From contig CAXXSR010000002.1 in assembly GCA_963662615.2 (NCBI GenBank), forward strand, positions 589,014 to 653,013: DNA of 64,000 nt, given 5' to 3'. Every line of letters starts with the position of its first letter. The first letter of the stretch is position 1. The notes under the pieces are model-generated. The model saw nothing but the letters and a program-made list of their open reading frames with translations, did not search any database and was not told the origin of the DNA. The translations under genes and the position numbers were made by a program. Origin of the DNA: Dehalococcoidia bacterium. Its GTDB lineage: Bacteria > Chloroflexota > Dehalococcoidia > Bin125. Shown piece by piece: positions 30,781 through 39,389 of this stretch.

Positions 30781-30840
30781 CCATGCTGATGCCCGCTGGC
30801 CCTCCGGAAGCCTAGACCGTCGGCCGGATCGGACCCAGAC

Positions 30841-31668
30841 TTGCCCATCCAAGTCACCCTCATCGACCACACGCGCGACCCCGTTCGCGCCCTCTACATG
30901 GCCTACCGAGTCTGCTACTCGGCGCTCACGCCTCAACAGGTCCTCGCTCGCATCGACGACGACCGCATCACCCAGGCCAAGATGGCCACCTTCGTCGCCG
31001 AGCGCCTGGCCACCGGCCACACGTCGCCCCTGGAGCAGGTCTGGTTCGAGTTCGGCATCAGCGGCGTCTCGCGCGCCTTCAGCCACCAGTTCGTCCGCCA
31101 CCGCATCGGCATCTCCTTCGAGCAGCAGAGTCAGCGCTACGTCACCTACAAGGACGGCTCCTTCCCCTTCACCGTCCCCAAGACCGTCGATCAGGCCGGC
31201 ATGACCGGCGACATGGAGGCCCTCTTCGAGCAGGCCGGGCAGCTCTACCAGAAGATGATCGATAACGGCGTCCCCGCCGAGGACGCCCGCTTCCTCCTGC
31301 CCAACGCCACCAACACCAACTTCAAGATCGCCGTCAACTTCGCCGAGCTGCTGCACATCTGCGACCAACGGCTCTGCACGCGGGCGCAGTGGGAGTTCCG
31401 CCGCGTCGCCGCCCTCATGCGCGCCGAAGTCGTGCGCGCCGTCCCGGAGCTGGGGCGCTACCTCCAGCCCAAGTGCGGCGAGCTTCGCATGGGCTACTGC
31501 GACGAGGACTACGACGCCTGGCTCGCCTGCCCCATCGGCCGCAAGCGCCCGCACAAGCAGGAACTCTTCCGCCTCTACGACGCCTACCGCAAAGGCGACC
31601 TCAACGACCTCGACGCCGCCGACTTCGCCCTCATCGAGCAGCAGCAGATCGAAGGTGCCATTTCATAG
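30841..31668 (+). CDS. thyX: FAD-dependent thymidylate synthase
   Basis: GHTSPLE, VSRAFSHQFVRHRIGISFEQQSQRY, EDARFLLP, RAQWE. Confidence 0.96.
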   Translation: MPIQVTLIDHTRDPVRALYMAYRVCYSALTPQQVLARIDDDRITQAKMATFVAERLATGHTSPLEQVWFEFGISGVSRAFSHQFVRHRIGISFEQQSQRYVTYKDGSFPFTVPKTVDQAGMTGDMEALFEQAGQLYQKMIDNGVPAEDARFLLPNATNTNFKIAVNFAELLHICDQRLCTRAQWEFRRVAALMRAEVVRAVPELGRYLQPKCGELRMGYCDEDYDAWLACPIGRKRPHKQELFRLYDAYRKGDLNDLDAADFALIEQQQIEGAIS

Positions 31669-31826
31669 GCCCATCACGCCAATTGCCCTTGTCTTAGGTC
31701 TTCATCTCCGACGTTGGGAGGAGACGCAGGTCACAGCCAAGTGGCAATTGAGCGCAACTGGAAGCAGCGGCAAGCTGGGTCCGGGCACTGCCCCTGGGTT
31801 CTTTGGCAACAGGTCCCCGAACGGGA

Positions 31827-31868
31827 CTTCCCATTTCTCCACCTCATTTGTGGTAGCGTAATGGGAAG
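31827..31868. promoter_or_regulatory. inverted repeat, candidate operator/promoter of the two-gene module
   Basis: cttcccatt...ccac-ctcattt-gtgg...aatgggaag, 35 bp before ATG 31904. Confidence 0.6.
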
Positions 31869-31903
31869 CGGCGGCTCATCGTAGGGAACTCGGGAGGACT
31901 TCG

Positions 31904-32560
31904 ATGGTAGATAACGCCACTGTCCGCGCGGAGCCTGTTCCTGTTGCGAGCCGGCTCTACGAACTCGGTGTCGGCGAGAACATCTTGCGCGATGCTGTCA
32001 AATCAGGCTCCCAGCACGTCTTCGACTGCACCGCCAACGATCCACCCTGGCTGCCCGGAATGCTTGGATCGGGAAAAATAATTCGCGCTCTTCGAGATTT
32101 GCTTCTGCCCCAAGGTTGGAAGCGGAGCAACGAGCGGAACTATGCGATAACGATTGACCCTACTGGCACCTACGCAATTGCCGTTGCAGCGGGCGATGAT
32201 CACACAGACGAAGCGGACAAAGATCCTTCTACCCGGTCAGAAAAAGGGTCGGCAGCGAAGGATGCCGTCGCTGAAAACCAACTGACCTTCTCGCTGATTG
32301 ACAAAGATTTCCCTCGGGCGGCGGAGCCTGGAAGCAATCCGAAACAAACGTGGATACTTCTCTATTTCATTGACGAGGACGCCGACGAAATTAGGTGTGA
32401 GATCTCGTTGCCGGCGCGACTGAGCGACGATGGACACGTGAATAGCTGGCGAGAGCGGGTCATCCTCCGAGCAATCGAGTTCGCCGAGCCGCCGCCACAG
32501 AAGACAGATCATATGGCGGACGACGAGATCGACGTTCCAGTTGAACGGCGGGCCGTTTAA
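31904..32560 (+). CDS. hypothetical protein, candidate toxin/effector of the adjacent XRE-IrrE gene
   Basis: GGAGG RBS; lower GC; motifs AIAVAAGD, TWILLY, CEISLP, WRERVIL. Confidence 0.8.
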   Translation: MVDNATVRAEPVPVASRLYELGVGENILRDAVKSGSQHVFDCTANDPPWLPGMLGSGKIIRALRDLLLPQGWKRSNERNYAITIDPTGTYAIAVAAGDDHTDEADKDPSTRSEKGSAAKDAVAENQLTFSLIDKDFPRAAEPGSNPKQTWILLYFIDEDADEIRCEISLPARLSDDGHVNSWRERVILRAIEFAEPPPQKTDHMADDEIDVPVERRAV

Positions 32561-32567
32561 ACCTGCG

Positions 32568-33665
32568 ATGTTGGCGTTCAATCCGCAAAGACTCGATCTT
32601 GCACGGAGACGACGCGGGTTAACGAAGATCGAACTCGCGTCGGCGGCGAAAATCTCTCGCCGCATATTGACCGGGTACGAACGCGGCGAATACGAACCCA
32701 GCCCTGGAACCCTGGCGGCGATGGCTGACAAGCTGCGGTTCCCTGTTGAGTTCTTTGGCGGGCCCAATCTCGATCAACCACCAATCGAGGGTTCTAGCTT
32801 CCGCGCCCTCAGCAGGCTTACGGCAAAGCTACGGGACCAATCGCTCGGCGCTGGCGCTCTCGCACTGGCACTGTCTGACTGGATTGATGCACGGTTCGTG
32901 CTCGCTGAGCCGGAAGTTCCACGGCATCAGGGCATCGACCCAGAGACGGCAGCCATGGCTGTCCGCAGCGAGTGGGGGCTAGGGGAACGACCGATTCGGA
33001 ACATGGTGCACTTGCTTGAGGCGCATGGAGTCCGTGTGTACTCCCTCTCCGAGGAGTGCGCAGAGATGGACGCGTTCTCCTTCTGGCGTGGAGAGCTGCC
33101 CTACGTATTTCTAAACGCCATGAAGGCAGCGGAGCGTAGTCGCATGGACGACGCGCATGAACTCGGACACCTTGTGCTTCACTGGCGAGGCGGTGCCCGC
33201 GGTCGTGACGCTGAACGTGAAGCAGACCTGTTCGGTGCGGCATTCCTCATGCCACGTGACAGCGTTATCGCCGGTGTCACGCGCGGCGCAAGACTTCGCG
33301 ACATCATCAAATCGAAGAGCCAATGGAAAGTGTCCGTGACAAACCTGACCTACCGCATGCACACGGTGGGTCTGTTGAGCGACTGGGAGTACCGCAGTCG
33401 TTTCATCGAAATCAGTAAGAAGGGGTACCGAACGAGCGAACCTCGCCCGGTGCAACCGGAGAACTCGCAGGCCCTGGAGAAGGTGTTCAACCAACTACGG
33501 CAGGAAGGCGTCTCTCACGGCGACGTAGCCCGCGAACTCTGCATACCTCCCGACGAACTAAGCAAGCTAATTTTCGGTCTCGTGTTGACGCCAGTTGGCA
33601 CGGAGCCGCGGGGTGATCAGCGCCCGTCTAATCCGCCCACCAGATCAAGGCTGCGACTTGTCTAG
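32568..33665 (+). CDS. XRE-HTH + ImmA/IrrE Zn metallopeptidase
   Basis: FNPQRLDLARRRRGLT...YERGEYEP HTH; AHELGHLVLH; EREADLFGAAFLMP. Confidence 0.93.
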   Translation: MLAFNPQRLDLARRRRGLTKIELASAAKISRRILTGYERGEYEPSPGTLAAMADKLRFPVEFFGGPNLDQPPIEGSSFRALSRLTAKLRDQSLGAGALALALSDWIDARFVLAEPEVPRHQGIDPETAAMAVRSEWGLGERPIRNMVHLLEAHGVRVYSLSEECAEMDAFSFWRGELPYVFLNAMKAAERSRMDDAHELGHLVLHWRGGARGRDAEREADLFGAAFLMPRDSVIAGVTRGARLRDIIKSKSQWKVSVTNLTYRMHTVGLLSDWEYRSRFIEISKKGYRTSEPRPVQPENSQALEKVFNQLRQEGVSHGDVARELCIPPDELSKLIFGLVLTPVGTEPRGDQRPSNPPTRSRLRLV

Positions 33666-33710
33666 GATTACGGCCGCCATGCCCCGGCGTCCTCCCGCTA
33701 CCCTGCCCCC

Positions 33711-34331
33711 GTGACCGCCTCAACCCCCCCCGACGACCCCACCCTCCCCCCCGCCGACCGCTGGGACGCCCGCTACCGCGCCCGCCTCGCCGAGGCCCCG
33801 CCCGACGACGAGCCCCACCCCTTCCTCGTCGAGCAGGCGCACCGCCTTCCCACTTCCGGCCGCGCCCTCGACATCGCCACCGGCCTCGGCCGCAACGCCC
33901 TCTGGCTCGCTCGACGCGGTCTGCGCGTCACCGCCGTCGACGTCTCCCGCGTCGCCTGCGACCATCTCGACGCTCGCGCCCGCGACCTCCACCTCCCTAT
34001 CGACACCGTTTGCCTTGACCTGGAGCGGGCCCCGCTGCCGCCGGGCCCCTTCGACCTCATCGTCAACACCCTCTACCTGCAGCGCTCGCTCGCCCCCCAG
34101 ATCCAGGACCGCCTCGCCCCCGGCGGCCTCCTCCTTTTCCTCACCATGCTCGAGGGCGGCCGCGACCTGGAGCCGCCCGTGCACAAGGAGTACCTCCTCC
34201 AGCGCGGCGACCTGCGTGCCCTCTTCCCCCATCTCGATGTCGTCCTCTACCGCGAGGACCCCGCCGACAGCCCCGTCCGCCCTAACGCCTACCTCCTCGC
34301 GCGCAAGCCCTCTCACACCGTTCAGCATTGA
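33711..34331 (+). CDS. class I SAM-dependent methyltransferase (TehB-like)
   Basis: RWDARY, ALDIATGLGRNALWLA, FDLIVNTLYLQR, LAPGG. Confidence 0.9.
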   Translation: MTASTPPDDPTLPPADRWDARYRARLAEAPPDDEPHPFLVEQAHRLPTSGRALDIATGLGRNALWLARRGLRVTAVDVSRVACDHLDARARDLHLPIDTVCLDLERAPLPPGPFDLIVNTLYLQRSLAPQIQDRLAPGGLLLFLTMLEGGRDLEPPVHKEYLLQRGDLRALFPHLDVVLYREDPADSPVRPNAYLLARKPSHTVQH

Positions 34332-34374
34332 GCCGTACGCCGGCAGTAGCTACCGCGAGCGCCCGCCAGTCGCC

Positions 34375-34505
34375 CCGTTCATCCTGAGCTTGCCCGTCCT
34401 GAGCTTGCCGAAGGGTCGAAGGGCGAACGGCCTGCGGCCCACCCCGTTCGTCCCTCCCCCTCGCCATCGCTCACCGATGGAGAGGGGGCCGGGGGGTGAG
34501 GTTTC
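34375..34505. repeat. compound REP-like palindromic elements
   Basis: Nested tcctgagcttg..cgaaggg unit, then cccctcgccatcg..cgatggagagggggccggggggtgagg; a related copy lies at 39286-39335. Confidence 0.75.
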
Positions 34506-34562
34506 CCACTCCCGCTAGCCTGCCCTCGTGACCGCCGAAAAGTCGAAGGAGCGAGCGATCCC

Positions 34563-34922
34563 TCAACCTCGCGGCTCCTCGATGATCTGCACGTAGTTCC
34601 CGTCCGGGTCCTCCATCGTCGCCACAACGCCCCCCCACTCCTCACGCTCGGGCCGCCGCACGAAGGACACCCCCTGCCGCTCGATCCGCTTCGCTTCCTC
34701 GCGCACGTCCCGCACGAACAGGTTCAGCTGGACGCGGGCCGGGTCCAGATTCCGCCCCGCCACGCGAGAATGGCGGATGATGCGGATGTTGGCCTCGCCC
34801 GCCCGGAACACCGCGTCCTGGTACTGCGACAGCCGCGGCAGCTGCAACACCTCCTCGTAGAACGTCGCCAGCCGCTCCGGCTGCTCGCTGCCCAGCATCA
34901 CCGTCAGCTCCTGCACCTCCAT
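34563..34922 (-). CDS. VOC/glyoxalase family protein
   Basis: LATFYEEVL...EWGGVVATMEDPDGNYVQI. Confidence 0.9.
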   Translation of the reverse strand: MEVQELTVMLGSEQPERLATFYEEVLQLPRLSQYQDAVFRAGEANIRIIRHSRVAGRNLDPARVQLNLFVRDVREEAKRIERQGVSFVRRPEREEWGGVVATMEDPDGNYVQIIEEPRG

Positions 34923-34959
34923 CTGCGCCCCTTCCCCCGGCAGGTCGATCGAGCCGGCG

Positions 34960-35802
34960 TCAGTCGCCCTCTGCTACCTCCAACACCAGCCCGTCCGTCG
35001 CCACGATCAGCTCCCCGTCGAAGTGCGCCCGCGCCTCCGCCCCCATGTGCTCGGCCGACTCCTCCGCCAGCAGATGCGTCAACACCAACCTCCGCGCCCC
35101 CGCCGCCTTGGCCATCTGGGCCACCGCCGGCACGGGGCTGTGCACCCGCTGGAACGCCTCCGCGAACCGCTGCGCCACCTCCGGCGATTTCGCGCTGCCG
35201 AAAAGTTCCACCGCCCGCTCCGTGTAGGCCTCATGGATCAGCACAGCGGCGCTGTCGGCCAGCGGGACCATCACCTCCGGCGCCGGCTTGGTGTCGCCGC
35301 TGTAGACCAGCGATCGCCCCCCGAAGCTGAAGCGGCGGGCCAGGCATTCCAAGTAATCCACGTGAGGGACCGCGCGCGCCTCCATCCGCATTCCGCCCAG
35401 CTCGCGATCATCGCCGGGCCGCGTGATCACCACCTCCACCCGGTCCAGCGCCTCCAGCCGACGGTGCCCTCCCAAGAATCGGTGCTGCGTCCGCGCGAAC
35501 AGCCGCGCGCTCTCCACGTACTCCGCCGTGTCGGCCGGCCCGTAGATCGACGGCAGGGGCGTCTCTTCGAACGCCCAGCGGGTGAGCAGCTCGCCTAGGC
35601 CCATGGCGTGGTCGAAGTGCAGGTGGCTCAGCACAACCGCCTGCAGCTGGCTGGGCTGCAGCCCTGCGCGCAAAAACCGATCCAGCCAGCCCGGGCCGCA
35701 ATCCAGCAGCACGCCCGCCTCACCGTGCTGCACGTAAATCGCCGCGCCGGCCCGCTCGGGATTGAGGCTGACGCCGCCCGTGCCGCAGAAGGTGATGCGC
35801 AC
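34960..35802 (-). CDS. MBL-fold metallo-hydrolase (RNase Z/AtsA-like)
   Basis: FCGTGG, LLDCGPG, SHLHFDH, YSGDT, LIHEA, LVLTH. Confidence 0.9.
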   Translation of the reverse strand: MRITFCGTGGVSLNPERAGAAIYVQHGEAGVLLDCGPGWLDRFLRAGLQPSQLQAVVLSHLHFDHAMGLGELLTRWAFEETPLPSIYGPADTAEYVESARLFARTQHRFLGGHRRLEALDRVEVVITRPGDDRELGGMRMEARAVPHVDYLECLARRFSFGGRSLVYSGDTKPAPEVMVPLADSAAVLIHEAYTERAVELFGSAKSPEVAQRFAEAFQRVHSPVPAVAQMAKAAGARRLVLTHLLAEESAEHMGAEARAHFDGELIVATDGLVLEVAEGD

Positions 35803-35889
35803 GTCCCTGGCTGCCTTGCGGCCCCCTCCACCGATCCCGAAGCGGAGCGCCGACGCCGCGCTGGTCCGCGGCCGCCTTCACCCCTCGCC

Positions 35890-35982
35890 CTGCCGGCGCC
35901 CCAGGCGCAGGGCGCCTTACCGACGCCCCAGGCGCAGCGCGCCTAACCGACGCCCCAGGCGCGGGGCGCCATACCGACGCCG
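35890..35982. repeat. degenerate ~28-bp tandem repeat x3
   Basis: ccg(a/g)cgccccaggcgc units. Confidence 0.8.
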
Positions 35983-36039
35983 ACCTGCCGCATTCAGGGT
36001 AGTGGACGCGCGCCGCCCGTTCTGAGGCCTTGCGCCTGC

Positions 36040-36900
36040 CTAGGCCGTCTCGCGCGCTCTGCCGAAGAGGAGGGTGCTGTCACCCACTGCTTCCCAGCGG
36101 GCGTCATACTCGCGCCGGACCTCCTCGATTCGGCCCGATGCGATGTCCGCGGTGAGCGCTCTGGCGCTTCGCGCCTCGTCCGTCGGCGTCAGGCGCCGCA
36201 TGCACGAGACGCCGTGGCGCTGGCGGCTCTCCAACAGCGCCTCCGCCGGCGCGTGGCGGAGCGCCATGAAGGAGGCGTCCGCGCAGTCTGCATAGTCGAA
36301 GCGCACGGTGCGGACGCCCCGGAAGCCGGCGAGGCTGAGCTGCGCTCGCAGCTCCTCCCTCGTCACGTGCTCCCCGGGGCGGGCGATCTGATGGCTGGGC
36401 AGGTAGTGCAGCGCCCAGTGGGAGTGCAACTGCTCGATCGCGGTGAGGTGGTGCACTGTCGCGCTCCGCGCCACCCGTGCAAACTCGCGGAAGGCAGCCA
36501 CCGGGTCGGGGAGGTGGTGATAGACGTTGATCGTCACCACGCAGTCCACCGACCGGTCCGGCAGCGGCAGCCGCTGGGCATCCGCGATCGCCACCACACC
36601 GCCGATCTTCTCTTGCGCCCTCTCCAACATCTCTCGGCAGATATCCAAGCCGTAGACTCGGAAGCCCGCCTCCGCGAAGGCCTGAGCGTAGTTCCCGGTG
36701 CCGCAACCCACCTCCAGCAACGTGCGCCCCTCAGCGGGCCCCAAAAGCTCCACGATCGCCGCTAGGAGTGAGGGGCTGGCCCCGCGCGTGGAGTCGTAGA
36801 ATTCCGCGGCGGTATCGTAATCGAGATGACTTCGACCGTTCCCGTCGGGTCCCGTGACGGCACTGGCTGGATCCGACGGCATGCTGGCGTTCAGCCCCAT
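36040..36900 (-). CDS. class I SAM-dependent methyltransferase
   Basis: LLEVGCGTGNY, ADAQRLPLPDRSVD; GGAGG RBS. Confidence 0.9.
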   Translation of the reverse strand: MGLNASMPSDPASAVTGPDGNGRSHLDYDTAAEFYDSTRGASPSLLAAIVELLGPAEGRTLLEVGCGTGNYAQAFAEAGFRVYGLDICREMLERAQEKIGGVVAIADAQRLPLPDRSVDCVVTINVYHHLPDPVAAFREFARVARSATVHHLTAIEQLHSHWALHYLPSHQIARPGEHVTREELRAQLSLAGFRGVRTVRFDYADCADASFMALRHAPAEALLESRQRHGVSCMRRLTPTDEARSARALTADIASGRIEEVRREYDARWEAVGDSTLLFGRARETA

Positions 36901-36928
36901 ATTTCCCCTCCGCGAAAGACTCGCCGGA

Positions 36929-36958
36929 GCCTAGCGGCCTGCGATCGATACTGTCAAA
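36929..36958 (-). promoter_or_regulatory. sigma70-type promoter of the methyltransferase gene
   Basis: TTGACA-N18-TAGGCT on the minus strand. Confidence 0.55.
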
Positions 36959-37212
36959 CAGCGGACAACAGCCCGCGCTCCGCCTTGAACACCTTTCTGG
37001 GACCTCCGGCTTTATGATCCTAGCCGACCCCCTCCCCCTCGCCATCCGTCTAAGGAAGGGGGGCGAGGGGGAGGGGGCGAACTCCGGAATCCGCTGCCCC
37101 TGAGCCTGCCTGTCCTGACCAGTCCTTCCGTCCTGGGAAGGAGCCGGTCGCACGGTCGTAGGGCGTACGACCGCCACCTCGACGCGCTCACCGTCTGCCG
37201 CGCCGGCCGCAC

Positions 37213-37365
37213 ACCCCGCCCGCGATCGGCGAAAATCCCGTCACTGTCTCGGTCCCCGCCTCCCCCACGCCCGCCCGCGATCAGCGAAAGACCCGTCGCG
37301 GCCTCGATCCCCGCTCCACCCACCCCCCCGCACGCGATCAGCGAAAGACGATGCCGCGGCCTCAG
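37213..37365. repeat. degenerate ~55-60-bp direct repeats x3
   Basis: cgcgatc(a/g)gcgaaa core repeated three times. Confidence 0.75.
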
Positions 37366-37453
37366 TCGCCGCGCGGTCTGCGCGCCCCGCACGCGATTAT
37401 TAAAAAAGCTATGCTGCGGCGCAGCCACGTCCGCGCTTCCCTGAAAGGCCGCC

Positions 37454-37645
37454 ATGGTCTCCCACGACGAAATCAGCGACCGCCTCCGCGCCGTTGCGGC
37501 CGGCGCCGACCTCGAAATTGACGACGAGCGGCTGCGCGCCCTTGCCCCGCAGGTGCTCGCCCTCCTCTCCCGCCAGCCTCCGATCACGCTGCACGGCCTC
37601 GCCGAGACAGAGCCGGCATTTGGGCTGCGCCTGCGCAAGGAGTAG
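37454..37645 (+). CDS. small GatC/AtzG-like protein
   Basis: 63 aa, ...IDDERLRALAPQV...ETEPAF; immediately upstream of an amidase. Confidence 0.6.
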   Translation: MVSHDEISDRLRAVAAGADLEIDDERLRALAPQVLALLSRQPPITLHGLAETEPAFGLRLRKE

Positions 37646-37733
37646 CGCTCTGCGACTGCGCGCCGCTCCGTCGCTCCGGTACCGGCGGCGGCCCCGCCCG
37701 ACAACAGCTTGCGTCGCGAGTGGAGGGAAGACC

Positions 37734-39119
37734 ATGAGCCCCCCGCCCTCTGACCTCACCATCCGTCAGGCGGCCGACGCCCTCCGCGATGGCAGCCTCA
37801 CCTGCCTGGCCCTCACCGAGTCCGTCCTCCAGCGCATCGCTGCCACGGAGCCCAAGCTCAACGCCTACATAACCGTCACGGCCGATGCGGCGCGGGAAGA
37901 GGCCGCCGCCGCCGACGTCGAGCTGCGCGCCGGTCGCGATCGCGGCCCCCTGCACGGCATCCCCTTCGCGCTCAAGGATCTCATCGACACCGCGGGCGTC
38001 CGCACCACGGCCGGCTCCGCCCTCTTCCGCGATCGCGTGCCACACGAAGACGCCTTCGTGACCGGCAAGCTCAAGCGGGCCGGGATCGTGCTCACGGGGA
38101 AGCTCGGCCTGCACGAGTTCGCCTTCGGAACGACCAGCACCAATCCGCACTTCGGCTCCATCCGCAACCCCTGGAACCTCGACCACGTTCCCGGCGGGAG
38201 CAGCGGCGGCGCCGCTGCCGCCATCGCCGTCGGCTCGACCTTGGGCGCCCTCGGCTCCGACTCCGGCGGCTCCATCCGCATCCCCGCCTCCCTCTGTGGC
38301 GTCGTTGGCCTCATGGCGACCTACGGCCGCGTCAGCCGCAGCGGTGTCCTCCCGCTGTCGTGGTCGTTGGACCACGTCGGCCCCCTCGCCAAGACCGTGG
38401 AGGATGCCGCCCTCATCCTCAACGCCATCGCCGGCCCCGACCCCGCCGACCCCAGCAGCGCCGACGAACCCGTCGACGACTACACCAGCGCCCTCGGCCG
38501 CGATCTCCGCGGCCTCCGTATCGGCCTCCTCCGCGACCCCCTCTGGCACGACTGCGATGACGAGGTCGTCACCGCCTGCGAGACCGCCGTCGACGTCCTG
38601 CGCGAGCAGGGAGCGATCGTCTCTGAGGTCGAACTGCCGCTGCTGGCCCGCGTGCGCAGCGCCCGCACCCTCGACATCCTCACCGCCGAGGCCGCCGCCT
38701 ACCACGCCGAGTGGCTCCGCGCGCAGCCGCAACAGTACAGCGAGGAAGTCCGTCGCAAGCTCGGCCTGGGCGCGCCCGTCCTCGCCACCGACTACATCAA
38801 CCAGCAGCGCTTTCGCCGCCAACTGATCGACGAGACGCGGCAGGCGCTCCGCCGCGTCGACGCCCTCGTCTCCCCCACGACGGCGACCACCGCCCCCACC
38901 ATCGAGGACGGCGACCCGCACGCGGAACTCGCTCGCCTCACCGCGCCCTACGACTTCACCGGCATCCCCGCCATCAGCGTGCCCTGCGGCATCGACGCCA
39001 ACGGCCTGCCCATCGGCCTCATGATCGGCGCCCGCCACTTCGACGAGGTCACCCTCTGCCGCATCGCCCACGCCTACGAGCAGGCGACTCCCTGGCACAC
39101 GAAGCGCCCACCTCTCTGA
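37734..39119 (+). CDS. amidase signature family enzyme (GatA/AtzE-like)
   Basis: GPLHGIPFALKD, PGGSSGG, GSDSGGSIRIPA. Confidence 0.94.
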   Translation: MSPPPSDLTIRQAADALRDGSLTCLALTESVLQRIAATEPKLNAYITVTADAAREEAAAADVELRAGRDRGPLHGIPFALKDLIDTAGVRTTAGSALFRDRVPHEDAFVTGKLKRAGIVLTGKLGLHEFAFGTTSTNPHFGSIRNPWNLDHVPGGSSGGAAAAIAVGSTLGALGSDSGGSIRIPASLCGVVGLMATYGRVSRSGVLPLSWSLDHVGPLAKTVEDAALILNAIAGPDPADPSSADEPVDDYTSALGRDLRGLRIGLLRDPLWHDCDDEVVTACETAVDVLREQGAIVSEVELPLLARVRSARTLDILTAEAAAYHAEWLRAQPQQYSEEVRRKLGLGAPVLATDYINQQRFRRQLIDETRQALRRVDALVSPTTATTAPTIEDGDPHAELARLTAPYDFTGIPAISVPCGIDANGLPIGLMIGARHFDEVTLCRIAHAYEQATPWHTKRPPL

Positions 39120-39285
39120 AGGAAGTGGCGCCGCGGCCCCGGTCGTAGCGGAGGGTACGAACCCGGCGCGCGATCGCGAAAAAGCAGGCAGTGACGACGC
39201 GGGCTCGATCGTGCTGGACGGTGGGCACGTCTCGCGCGCCCGCGAAAAAGGCACACCAGACGCCCGCCGCTTTGAGCCGGTTTGT

Positions 39286-39335
39286 CCCCCCTCTCCATCG
39301 CTCGGCCATGGAGAGGGGGCTAGGGGGTGAGGTGG
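39286..39335. repeat. REP-like palindrome between convergent genes
   Basis: ccccctctccat-cgctcggcc-atggagagggggctagggggtgagg. Confidence 0.75.
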
Positions 39336-39389
39336 CGCGCACGCGCGCAACCCGCGACGCCGTGCCGTCGAATCTCGGCACTGGAACGG

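Noticed and set aside
37213-37365. Spaced repeats as CRISPR
   Set aside because: The intervening sequences are similar to each other, so this is a degenerate tandem duplication
37734-39119. Calling the amidase gatA
   Set aside because: No gatB nearby and the sequence looks like a generic amidase
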